Source of the DNA: a virus | Lineage: Duplodnaviria; Caudoviricetes | DNA: 45,720 bases | Virus record (IMG/VR): IMGVR_UViG_3300024219_000001 | Location: 1-45,720 of that record | Strand: one strand, 5' to 3' | In this document: positions 15,952 to 23,900 of the stretch, in pieces | How the letters are laid out: each line of letters begins with the position of its first letter | Position numbering within the stretch: the stretch's first letter is position 1 | Translations under genes and position numbers: made by a program | The notes under the pieces: model-generated | The model's input: only the letters and a program-made list of their open reading frames with translations | Told to the model about the DNA's origin: nothing | Database searches by the model: none

Positions 15952-16862
15952 GGCCGGACCCACTCCCCGCTACGAAGCCTTGCGCCGCAGTCTTGGCACG
16001 AGACCTCTGACGCCCAACGGATCGTGTAGAGGTGCCTGCACGATTGCCTCCGCTCGCGTGCGAGCTCGGCCTCTGCGAAGTTGGCGAGCATGTCGATGTG
16101 TCCGCCGAAGTTCGGCCGCCACGCGCGCTCTACGGCGAACGCTAGCGCCCGCTTCCTGCGAGCCTCGCGCTCGGCGGCGGGGGAGGCGGGGACGGCAGGA
16201 TTCGAACCTGCATCGGGACTGGCCGAGGCCAGCGGTCCGCTCTGCCTGGCCGTTGAAGCCGGTTGAGCTACGTCCCCATGTTCACTTTCCCCCGCGCCCG
16301 AGGCCGCGAGCGCGGTGAGCTTGTCGGCGAGCGCGTGGAGCACGTCGCCGGTGTGAAGGCAGTCCTGTCCGGTCTGTTTCGCTGCCTCCTCCCTCGCCAT
16401 CCGCGCGGCCTCCTGGAGCGCGGCGGTGCGGGTCTCGGCGAAGTCGGTCACGGGGCGCGCCTCATTCTCCGGGTGGCACTTTCCGCATCGATACGCGAGT
16501 TCGGATAGCGGGTGCCCGCACGCGAGAGTCTCACCTTCGTAGCCAGGTTCGGGCGGGAACGGACAGGCCATGGTCGCCATCTGCTCCTGTGTGATGTACC
16601 GAGGTTCCGAAAGGTTCGCCTCCTTCCTCGCCCCACTGGGCGAGGCGGTCCATCCTGGACCGGTCGCCACTCCTTCGGAGGTGGCGTCTTTCGCCGGGAG
16701 CGGGACGATACGCACGCGGATCGGCTTGAGGTCTTCGCGCCCGTCCGTGTGCCTCAGCACGTCGCGCCGAGTCCAATCGCAGGTCGGCGCGTAGATGTAG
16801 CCGTCGCTCGTGTTGAGCAGCGCCCACGCCGTCACCGCCCTGGGCTGCCTAGCGCGGGTCAT
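15948..16862 (-). CDS. Mosaic hypothetical protein (304 aa) containing a tRNA-like element
   Basis: Open frame; AAGGA RBS; several small modules joined by hairpin-encoded linkers. Confidence 0.6.
   Translation of the reverse strand: MTRARQPRAVTAWALLNTSDGYIYAPTCDWTRRDVLRHTDGREDLKPIRVRIVPLPAKDATSEGVATGPGWTASPSGARKEANLSEPRYITQEQMATMACPFPPEPGYEGETLACGHPLSELAYRCGKCHPENEARPVTDFAETRTAALQEAARMAREEAAKQTGQDCLHTGDVLHALADKLTALAASGAGESEHGDVAQPASTARQSGPLASASPDAGSNPAVPASPAAEREARRKRALAFAVERAWRPNFGGHIDMLANFAEAELARERRQSCRHLYTIRWASEVSCQDCGARLRSGEWVRP
16187..16277 (-). ncRNA. tRNA-like element (non-canonical D and anticodon arms) inside a CDS
   Basis: GGGGACG/CGTCCCC acceptor stem, TA, GCTC/GAGC D stem, GCAGG-TTCGAAT-CCTGC T arm; 3' end GCCT. 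Confidence 0.7.
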
Positions 16863-16977
16863 GGCGGAGCATCCTTCGGATCTTCTTGTTTGCCTGCCTG
16901 TAGCCGTGCGCAGAACCGAGGAACCAGGCCGTCACGAGCAGCGACAGCAGGACGATCCACGCTTCGAGCTTGCTCAC
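16849..16977 (-). CDS. Small membrane peptide (42 aa)
   Basis: Read manually; AAGGA RBS; GTGA coupling; one hydrophobic segment. Confidence 0.55.
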   Translation of the reverse strand: MSKLEAWIVLLSLLVTAWFLGSAHGYRQANKKIRRMLRHDPR

Positions 16978-17429
16978 TTGGTTCCTTTCTTCTCCGGCGC
17001 GTCGCCGGAGCGGAGGTAGGCGCGAATCCTATCGAGCGCGGCTGCGGATTCCATCTCAGCCGCGCACCCCGGGCATTCCTCGACGGTCAGGCTCATGTTC
17101 TTGTCGCTCGATCCGTGCCAATGCGAGGCGGCGTTGCCCGCGACGAACACCGCATCTGATAGCAGCGCCCGCGCCTCCGTCAGCGAGGCGAGCAGGCGGT
17201 CGAACTGTCCCAGCGCGGCAACGGTCTCTGCGTGGCCGCCAATCGTTCCTTGACCTCGACAGGCGGAGCACAACTGCTCGATCTGTCGTCGCGGCTCTGA
17301 GAACGATCGCATTCCAACGAACCGCGTTCCCCTGCACACTGGGCACAGGTTCGGCGTGTGCTCGATGAGCAACTCGGGGAGCTTCGCGCGCAGCTCCTCG
17401 ATCTCTGCCTCGGTCAGCGGGTCAGCCAC
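16974..17429 (-). CDS. Hypothetical protein with DnaJ-like CxxCxGxG motifs
   Basis: CPVCRGT and CSACRGQG; AGAGGT RBS before GTG at 17429. Confidence 0.6.
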   Translation of the reverse strand: MADPLTEAEIEELRAKLPELLIEHTPNLCPVCRGTRFVGMRSFSEPRRQIEQLCSACRGQGTIGGHAETVAALGQFDRLLASLTEARALLSDAVFVAGNAASHWHGSSDKNMSLTVEECPGCAAEMESAAALDRIRAYLRSGDAPEKKGTK

Positions 17430-17721
17430 GGGACACCTCTTTCCACTCTGCGAGCAGCGCGCGGGCACGGCCCTGGAATGACTCAGGTATCTCTGGCCCA
17501 TAGCTGCCGTCCGGATCGGTTAGATCGCCCAGCAGCTCCACCGTGCGCCGCTCTAGGTCGGCGCGCTTCGCTCTGCCGCGAGCCTGCGCAGCCGCCTCGG
17601 CGTCGCATCCCCAGCAGGTCCCGCTGCACGTCTCGCACTCGCACTCGCCTGGGTGTGCATCCATTCCGCTCCACTGCGCCTTGGTCGCGACCGGGCGCAG
17701 GCAATCCGGGCAGCGCTTCAC
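17422..17721 (-). CDS. Cys-rich hypothetical protein
   Basis: GGAGG RBS, GTGA coupling; CPDC, CECETC, CWGC. Confidence 0.6.
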   Translation of the reverse strand: MKRCPDCLRPVATKAQWSGMDAHPGECECETCSGTCWGCDAEAAAQARGRAKRADLERRTVELLGDLTDPDGSYGPEIPESFQGRARALLAEWKEVSRG

Positions 17722-18065
17722 TTGGCCTCCTTCGCCTTGGCGGCGGAGAGGGCGGAGAGGATCGCGGCGGCCGGGCTCGGCAAGTGCGAGACGACCACTA
17801 CGTAGCCGTCGTCGTCCGTGAGTTCGCAGCACCAGCCGGAGATCTTCGCGTCGTCGTCGTGGTTCGCTCCGACCGCTACGTACCCCTCGCCGGCTGGAGT
17901 CCGGGCGACGAGAGCCTCGATCGCGTCTATCGCTTCCACCTTCTCGCGCAACCTCTCGCACTCCGCCTGCGCCTTCCACAGCGCCGCCGCTGTCTCGTCC
18001 GCGGAAGACTGAACGGAGGCGAGCTGCGCGCGCAGTCGCGCGATCTCGTCGTGGTCAGCGGTCAT
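17718..18065 (-). CDS. Coiled-coil hypothetical protein (MTADHDEIA...)
   Basis: GGAG RBS; heptad pattern. Confidence 0.6.
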   Translation of the reverse strand: MTADHDEIARLRAQLASVQSSADETAAALWKAQAECERLREKVEAIDAIEALVARTPAGEGYVAVGANHDDDAKISGWCCELTDDDGYVVVVSHLPSPAAAILSALSAAKAKEAK

Positions 18066-18288
18066 CGGCAAACTCTCCAGCATTCGCGCGCCGCCGCGCA
18101 TCTGCCACGAGAAGGTCGAGTTGGTCGTCCGTGACTTGGTAGCACTTCAAGTCGTCCGTCGGGAAGGTCAGCCACGACTCGCTCGGGAAGCGCCGCTCAG
18201 CTCCAGTGGTGCCGGCGCACGCAGCGAGGAGGACGCAGCAGGGCCGTCGCAGCTTCGCGTCGTACAGGATGACGTGGTCAGCGGTCAT
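18055..18288 (-). CDS. Hypothetical protein (MTADHVILY...)
   Basis: GAAGG RBS; ATGA coupling. Confidence 0.55.
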   Translation of the reverse strand: MTADHVILYDAKLRRPCCVLLAACAGTTGAERRFPSESWLTFPTDDLKCYQVTDDQLDLLVADARRRANAGEFADDR

Positions 18289-18482
18289 CGTGGGGCCTTC
18301 CCGTTCGTTCTGAACTGCGCGAAGTCGTACCCGGATCCGTCCGCGTGCTTCGGCACGTTGAGCAACTTCGCAAGGCGCTCCTTTGCCGCCTCGTGGTCGT
18401 CGATGATTCGGCAGCACGAGCAGCCTTCGCTTTCCATGTAGTCGGCGATCGCTGCGCGGATGAGCTTATCTAGTGCGGTCAT
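18285..18482 (-). CDS. Hypothetical protein (YMESEGCSCC motif)
   Basis: GAGGAG RBS; coupled on both sides. Confidence 0.65.
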   Translation of the reverse strand: MTALDKLIRAAIADYMESEGCSCCRIIDDHEAAKERLAKLLNVPKHADGSGYDFAQFRTNGKAPR

Positions 18483-18703
18483 CGTCTTCGCTCCTCGCGG
18501 CGGCGGGCACGGAGCGCCGTGCCGCAGAACGGACAGAAGTTCAGCATGACGAACTTGCTCCCAGCGCGCACCACGACCTCGGCGCGCCCGAACTTGCCGG
18601 TGCGCATGTTGACGGGCGTCTCCACAGAGAAGCCGTTCCGATGATCCTTGTCGTGGATCACTTCAAGCGCGGTCGAGATGGCGGGGCAGCACGGCTTAGC
18701 CAT
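18479..18703 (-). CDS. Zn-binding hypothetical protein (PCC...NFCPFCG)
   Basis: GGAGG RBS; FCPFCG motif. Confidence 0.65.
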   Translation of the reverse strand: MAKPCCPAISTALEVIHDKDHRNGFSVETPVNMRTGKFGRAEVVVRAGSKFVMLNFCPFCGTALRARRREERRR

Positions 18704-19166
18704 GTTGCGCCTCCCCCTCTGCGGCAAGAGCGGCGACGTCGAGAGCTGCGGCCAAGGCTCTGTCGGCCCGCAAAGCTCCGCCACTTACAGCATCGTCCCC
18801 AGTAAGAAGCTGAACGTTCACGGTCTTGCCGTCAACCGAAAAGATCGCCGTACGATGCTCGTCTCGCTCCAGCCATCCCTGCATCGCTTCCCATATGCTC
18901 AGCGACGCTTCGAGCTCCGCGATTCTCCGCTCGCGCGCGGCGAGGTCGGCGCGGAGAGAGTCGATCGTCGCGAGGAGGCGCTCAAGTTCCCCGCACTGCA
19001 TCTCGAACGAGTGAGACTTCCAGTAGCTGGTCTGCGCTTTCCAGGAACGCACACGCTCGGCCAGCGCGGCAAGCTCGGGAGGGGTCAGAGGCGCGTGGGT
19101 GTCGGTCATGGCGCTCTCAAATGGCGCGGGGCGGCCGTAGGCTCCGCCCCGCTGGATGTACGTCAC
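18696..19166 (-). CDS. Coiled-coil (Ead/Ea22-like) hypothetical protein
   Basis: LLATIDSLRADLAARERRIAELEA segment; the start may be the ATG at 19109. Confidence 0.55.
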   Translation of the reverse strand: MTYIQRGGAYGRPAPFESAMTDTHAPLTPPELAALAERVRSWKAQTSYWKSHSFEMQCGELERLLATIDSLRADLAARERRIAELEASLSIWEAMQGWLERDEHRTAIFSVDGKTVNVQLLTGDDAVSGGALRADRALAAALDVAALAAEGEAQHG

Positions 19167-19711
19167 TGAGGCAAACCGACGACATTATCGGCCGGTACGA
19201 GTTGCCCGTCGAACGGAGCTTGCTCGCCGCGGTCGAGGATGACGCCGCGGTAGAACGGCGAGGAGAGCTTGCCCTTGAAAGGGGCGACGTCTCCGGTGTG
19301 CAGGAACGTCGGCGCAAGGGAACCACCCGTCTTCTGCTTCTGCTGCTGCTTCGGTGTCTTCACCTTGCGTAGCGGAACCCACTTCCCGCGCGAGTTGCGC
19401 TTGCAGAGCTTGCCGTTGACGACGCGGTAGGTGCCGCTGCCGCCGGGCGCGTTCATCGCCTGCGAGTTGTACGAGGTGACGCCGCCGGTCGCGGTGTCGC
19501 CTCCCTGCGAAGAGTTGACGGGCTGCGAGAAGCCCGAGGAGTCGATCAGGTTGGTGTAGACGCCGCCGTTTGGGTTGTCGCCGACGCTCAGCACGATGGT
19601 CGTCGTGCCGTCGGTCCAGGTGGTCCCGTCAGCGGCCCCGACAGGCGTGGTCCCTCCGGATGGCGCCACGGACTGACAGCAGAAGAGAAGCAGGGGAATC
19701 AGGGTCATCAT
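19163..19711 (-). CDS. Putative exported G/T/S-rich protein (182 aa)
   Basis: GGAGG RBS; short hydrophobic N-terminus MMTLIPLLLFCCQ; duplicated L..G..APF.G.L motif. Confidence 0.65.
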   Translation of the reverse strand: MMTLIPLLLFCCQSVAPSGGTTPVGAADGTTWTDGTTTIVLSVGDNPNGGVYTNLIDSSGFSQPVNSSQGGDTATGGVTSYNSQAMNAPGGSGTYRVVNGKLCKRNSRGKWVPLRKVKTPKQQQKQKTGGSLAPTFLHTGDVAPFKGKLSSPFYRGVILDRGEQAPFDGQLVPADNVVGLPQ

Positions 19712-19890
19712 TTGGCCTCCTTGGCCTGCGGGCGCGGTTCTGCGTCCGCGTGTTCGCTCTCTCCAACCCATACAGCCCCACAAAACCTCGTGCGCCGCAC
19801 GCCCTGGATGAGCTGGACCTTCGCGCGCAGACTGCGCGCGCGCATCCGCTTGCGCATCAGGCGCTTGCTCGGCTTCGGTACGCGCCTCAC
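19708..19890 (-). CDS. Small basic hypothetical protein
   Basis: Coupled on both sides (GTGA and ATGA). Confidence 0.45.
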   Translation of the reverse strand: MRRVPKPSKRLMRKRMRARSLRAKVQLIQGVRRTRFCGAVWVGESEHADAEPRPQAKEAK

Positions 19891-20660
19891 GACGGCTTCC
19901 ACTCCAGCGCGCGGCGGGCAATCGATCGATGACGAGCTACCGTGTCTCGGTCCTGCAATTCAGACTTATTCATGATGTCGCGCAGCGCCTCTTCCAGCAC
20001 GGCCTCGCGCTGCGATACGAGTTGCACTGTGCGCCATCGCGACATCGACTCCAATAGTGCGGTACTAGCGCGCATGTGCTCAGCGACTGCATCGCGCATG
20101 CTCGCTTGCGTCTTCTCACGCTCGTCTGCGCGGATCGCCGCTTCGATTTTGGCGTGGAACTCACGTTGGAGCTCGGCGTGCATGTGCATCGCCGCCTCGG
20201 TGGCAGTGTCCATGACTACTCGATTAGGCTGCTTCCACGGCTCGCTCTTGCTGAAATCCACTACGCCATCCGTAGGCTCCGCCTTTGGCGGAGGCGGCAT
20301 GAACGTCGGCCCAGCGCTTCCGTCCTTGAGGTCGTCAATCTTCAGCCGCTCCGCCTTCTTCTCGATGAACGAGCGGGCGACGTCGGCGGCTGACTCCTGC
20401 GAGTCGCTCCAGCCCGCCCGGCCGTCGTCGCAGCGATAGTAATCGTGATCTTCGTTAGCCTCGATCGCCTTCGCGATCGCCTCCGCGCGCTCGTCGGCTG
20501 CTTCGCGCCGTAGCTTTTCGGCCGTCGGCCCATTGAGCGCGATGCCGCGCACCTCGTTCGCCATCTTGTATGCGAGGTGAAGTGCGCGCCATCTGTTCAC
20601 GTCGCTCGCGACGCTCTCTTCCGGCCACAGCTGTCGCGCCTCTTCGTTCCAGTCCGTCAT
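19887..20660 (-). CDS. Helical hypothetical protein (257 aa, MTDWNEEAR...)
   Basis: GGAG RBS; ATGA coupling; AAIRADERE motif. Confidence 0.65.
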   Translation of the reverse strand: MTDWNEEARQLWPEESVASDVNRWRALHLAYKMANEVRGIALNGPTAEKLRREAADERAEAIAKAIEANEDHDYYRCDDGRAGWSDSQESAADVARSFIEKKAERLKIDDLKDGSAGPTFMPPPPKAEPTDGVVDFSKSEPWKQPNRVVMDTATEAAMHMHAELQREFHAKIEAAIRADEREKTQASMRDAVAEHMRASTALLESMSRWRTVQLVSQREAVLEEALRDIMNKSELQDRDTVARHRSIARRALEWKPS

Positions 20661-21385
20661 TGGCTCCAGCGCCTCCACGCCTTGTAGAGCGTCGTCCAGT
20701 GCTTGAAGCTTGACCGCTCGTCGAGCGTCTGCATCAGCGCGAGCTCGTTCTCGGCAAGGATCTTGCGCGACAGCTCGATCGCGCGCTGCCATGCGGGATC
20801 GCTGGGGCGCCCCTCGATGGAGAGCAATAACAGCTCGTCGGTGCAGACGCTCATCAGCTTCATCTCGACGATCGGGTCGCGCACGGCCGCATCGCAGTCG
20901 GCCTTGGTCGGGAGCGGCCCGAGGATCTCCGTGATCCGCTTCGGGCCGTGAAACCCGAAGCCGTCGTCCAGCGCCAGGAGGTCGTGCAGTTCGTCCTCGG
21001 TGAGGGAGAGGAAGCTCTCGTCACTCCAGAGCTCTCCAGTTCGCGCCCAGAGGCCGTCAGCGGTCGGGTACATGCCAGGGTCCAAGTCGTCGTTGCCTAC
21101 CCAGGAGAGGATGAGGGATGAAGAGGTCGGCCCGCCGCCCGTTGCCCCAAACGGGTCTCGCTTCGGCGGAAGCGGAACGTCTGCGGCGGGCCTCGAAGAA
21201 AGAGCAGCGGCCCCGCCATCGCTCCGTGAGGAGGGAGAGGGCGAAGGCGATGGGGGCGCGGATCGGGCGTCCCCTGGGCCGCTGCTCAGGCTCAGTTGTT
21301 CTTGGATGCGTCGCGCTGTCCAGGCGATCGCGCCGATGAGTGCGCCGACTACAGCGCATGCGACGACGGTTGACAGCGCCTTCAC
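20657..21385 (-). CDS. Membrane-anchored hypothetical protein (242 aa)
   Basis: N-terminal transmembrane segment, P/S-rich linker, globular C-terminus. Confidence 0.65.
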   Translation of the reverse strand: MKALSTVVACAVVGALIGAIAWTARRIQEQLSLSSGPGDARSAPPSPSPSPSSRSDGGAAALSSRPAADVPLPPKRDPFGATGGGPTSSSLILSWVGNDDLDPGMYPTADGLWARTGELWSDESFLSLTEDELHDLLALDDGFGFHGPKRITEILGPLPTKADCDAAVRDPIVEMKLMSVCTDELLLLSIEGRPSDPAWQRAIELSRKILAENELALMQTLDERSSFKHWTTLYKAWRRWSQ

Positions 21386-21657
21386 CTCGCCTCCTCAGGG
21401 ATCAGCGCTTCCAGCTTCTCGATGGCCTCGGAGATCGCTTGCAGCGCGGTCTCGACGGACCCGCGCACCTCGGGCGGATTGCCCGCTGCGGTCTGCGCGT
21501 CGCCGAGCCAGCCGTACGTGTTCCGCAGCATGCCGAGCGCCTCGCGCTTACCGGCGTGCTTGATGCGTGCGGCGCGACGCTCGTACTCCGCGGCAACCTC
21601 TTCGGGCGCGCGGCGTTGCTTCTTTGCCTTCTTCTCGGGCTCGGTCGATTCGGTCAT
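21382..21657 (-). CDS. Helical hypothetical protein (91 aa)
   Basis: Coupled on both sides. Confidence 0.65.
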   Translation of the reverse strand: MTESTEPEKKAKKQRRAPEEVAAEYERRAARIKHAGKREALGMLRNTYGWLGDAQTAAGNPPEVRGSVETALQAISEAIEKLEALIPEEAR

Positions 21658-22127
21658 GGTGTCGGCTGTTGGTTTCGAGAGACGTGGAGACGGCGCGCGT
21701 ACTCGGCGAGGAGGAGCGCGTCCGCGGTTGCGTGAGTTACCTTGAGCGACGGGAACAACTGCTGCGCCCGTGCCTTGGTCACGTTCTTATCGCCGCGCGA
21801 GAGGCAGCCGAGCTCCTTCTGCCAGCGCTGCGGAGTGACCTCTTCGAACGGGATGCCACTCGCGATCAGGCAGCCGCGGAGGAACCCGTACGAGCGCCCG
21901 AACTTGAAGGATGATGCGACGCCTTGCTTCGGCATCGAATGAACCGCCTCGATCACGGCGAGCGTCGCACTGTCGCGCCAGCGCCGGATCAGCTCCCAGG
22001 TGTCGCGCTCCGTGTCCGGCATCTTGTCCGCCTCGCGACGATCGAGCCCCTTCATGTGAGGCTCGTTCGGCTGTAGCCACGCGATGCCACCGCTCGCGCC
22101 CGGATCGATACCGAGGAAGAGGCTCAC
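21654..22127 (-). CDS. RuvC-like Holliday junction resolvase
   Basis: LGIDPGASGGIA, AVIEAVHSMPKQGVASSFKFG, VTPQRWQK and ADALLLAEY motifs; GTG start at 22127. Confidence 0.88.
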   Translation of the reverse strand: MSLFLGIDPGASGGIAWLQPNEPHMKGLDRREADKMPDTERDTWELIRRWRDSATLAVIEAVHSMPKQGVASSFKFGRSYGFLRGCLIASGIPFEEVTPQRWQKELGCLSRGDKNVTKARAQQLFPSLKVTHATADALLLAEYARRLHVSRNQQPTP

Positions 22128-22369
22128 TGGAGCCCCGGCAGCTTGGTGACCTTGCGGCGCTCGTGGCCGTCGTACGGCGCACCGTCGAGCGTGAGGAAGA
22201 AGCGACCCACCTCGGTCTTGGAGGTGCCTTCGCTGCACAAGGTGCAGAAGGTCGAGATCATCTCGCGCAGGCGGGAGCAGTCGGCGACGACGCTCTCGAT
22301 CTCGATGCGCGAGAGCTCGTTCCCCGTCGCGACGCGCCGCAGGATGGCGTCGAACGCGCGGCGGTTCAT
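22124..22369 (-). CDS. Hypothetical protein (81 aa)
   Basis: GGAGGAGG RBS lies inside an upstream 8-aa mini-ORF. Confidence 0.65.
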   Translation of the reverse strand: MNRRAFDAILRRVATGNELSRIEIESVVADCSRLREMISTFCTLCSEGTSKTEVGRFFLTLDGAPYDGHERRKVTKLPGLQ

Positions 22370-22398
22370 ACCTCCTCCAGGTGATCGTTCATCACCGG

Positions 22399-22426
22399 AG
22401 CGTACCGGGGTGCCGCCACCCCGCAA
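22399..22426 (-). promoter_or_regulatory. Promoter TTGCGG-N16-TACGCT heading the accessory gene arm
   Basis: ATG of the mini-ORF MNDHLEEV (22366-22392) lies 6 nt downstream. Confidence 0.5.
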
Positions 22427-22442
22427 GGGGGAATCTCGCGGA

Positions 22443-22775
22443 TCAGCCCGTGCCGGCGGCCTTGTCCAGCGCGGCGGCCTCGGCCTTCCCGATCAGGTGT
22501 CGGTTCGGAAGGATCCGGATGCCGAGAAAGGTCGTCGTGAGGGTTCCGAGCGCCGTCGCCGCGAGACCCGCCCAGTCGGTCTTGGGCGCGTCCTGGTACG
22601 CCTTGAACTTCGACGTGATGAGGTCTTGTTCCTCGGCTGTTACGACGCCGTCCTTGGTGGCGGCGGTCACGGCCTCGGCAAGCTCCTGCGCGGCGGTCTG
22701 CTGCTCGGGCGAGGTGCAGGCGACGACGAGCCAGCACGCGGCGACACAGGAGAGGACGTAGAGCGCGGTCTTCAT
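22443..22775 (-). CDS. Lipoprotein with C-terminal hydrophobic helix; unimolecular spanin candidate
   Basis: Signal ending in lipobox VVA-C; C-terminal WAGLAATALGTLTTTFLGI. Confidence 0.55.
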   Translation of the reverse strand: MKTALYVLSCVAACWLVVACTSPEQQTAAQELAEAVTAATKDGVVTAEEQDLITSKFKAYQDAPKTDWAGLAATALGTLTTTFLGIRILPNRHLIGKAEAAALDKAAGTG

Positions 22776-23896
22776 GCGGAGAATCCTTCGCTGACGGGGA
22801 TGACGCGATCGTGCGTCGGGATGCCGGTCTGGAACTCGGTGTCGATCCCGCGGTTGTGCGCGAGGTCGCGGAGCTGCGGTGTGTTGCAGCCCTCCACGAG
22901 CAGCTTGCCGGCAGGGATGTTCGAGAACTGGAGCTGCGTGTTCTTGCCGTAGATGGCAGAGCGGCGAATCGTGACGGAACGCGCCGTCTGCTGAGTGCCG
23001 CCGTCGGGCCCGACACGAATGCAGGGCGTGAGGTTCTCGGTGCCGATCCCGGCGCGGAAGGCAGAGTCCTCGATGAGGATCGGGCCATTGGCGAAGCCCT
23101 TAGAGAGCGCGCCGGTGCCCGCGCCCCAGAACTTGCCGCCGTTGTCGTCCACCATCACACACCGTGTGTGGCTCGCGTCCTGGAGCGGCGCCCAGAACTC
23201 GCAGCCCTTGATCCAGATCGGGAGGCCGGTGCCCTGCATCACCATGCCGCCGCCACCGCGCGAGCTCCATGGCGCATACCAGTCCTTGAACTTGGAGCGC
23301 TGCACGACGATCAGCGCCTTCGGCGTCGGGAACGTCTCGCTCGGATCGGGCCGCACCTTCAGGCACTCGGCGCCGCTCGACTCGACCTCGTTCTCGTCCC
23401 AGCGTAGGCCGGTGGACGCGAAGCCGTGGTGATAGCTCGCGTGTTCGGTGAGGTGCTTGCACCGCCACAGGCAGTGCGCCATGTCGATGTCGGCGAGGTA
23501 CGTGAAGAGGCCCCACATGCCGGAGCCGCGGTGCTCGGGCGGGTCGTCGGCTTCAATCATCACGTCGCGCCCGATCAGCTTGAACGACGGGATCAGCGGC
23601 TTCTCGCGGCGCGAGATGCCGAAGTGAACTCCGGAAGTGCGTGAGACGTGGACCGTGAGTGATTCGAGCTGCACGATACCGGCGTGGCGCTCGACGGCGA
23701 TCGTGTCCCACGACGCGCCGGGCCGGATGTGCGTGAGGTCGCGGCCGGCGCCGATAAAACGCACACCGTCGAAGCCCTTGCCAATCCAGTCGGAGCTCCA
23801 CAGCTTGCGCGCGCCGGTGTTCAGGTCGTAGTCGATCTGGAACCCGGGCGCGTCGCCCGCCGGCAGCCGGATCTCCATCAGCTTGGGTGCGGTCAT
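22772..23896 (-). CDS. Right-handed parallel beta-helix (pectin lyase-like) protein (374 aa)
   Basis: VRFIGAGRDLTHI entry motif and repeated rungs (VQLESLTV, IVVQRSKF, IWIKGCEF, ILIEDSAF, VTIRRSAI). Confidence 0.7.
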   Translation of the reverse strand: MTAPKLMEIRLPAGDAPGFQIDYDLNTGARKLWSSDWIGKGFDGVRFIGAGRDLTHIRPGASWDTIAVERHAGIVQLESLTVHVSRTSGVHFGISRREKPLIPSFKLIGRDVMIEADDPPEHRGSGMWGLFTYLADIDMAHCLWRCKHLTEHASYHHGFASTGLRWDENEVESSGAECLKVRPDPSETFPTPKALIVVQRSKFKDWYAPWSSRGGGGMVMQGTGLPIWIKGCEFWAPLQDASHTRCVMVDDNGGKFWGAGTGALSKGFANGPILIEDSAFRAGIGTENLTPCIRVGPDGGTQQTARSVTIRRSAIYGKNTQLQFSNIPAGKLLVEGCNTPQLRDLAHNRGIDTEFQTGIPTHDRVIPVSEGFSA

Positions 23897-23900
23897 GGCG

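Noticed and set aside
16187-16277. Functional tRNA-Ala(GGC) gene or attP core
   Set aside because: No G3:U70 pair, no purine 37, mismatched anticodon stem and oversized D-loop; no integrase found. Kept only as tRNA-like.
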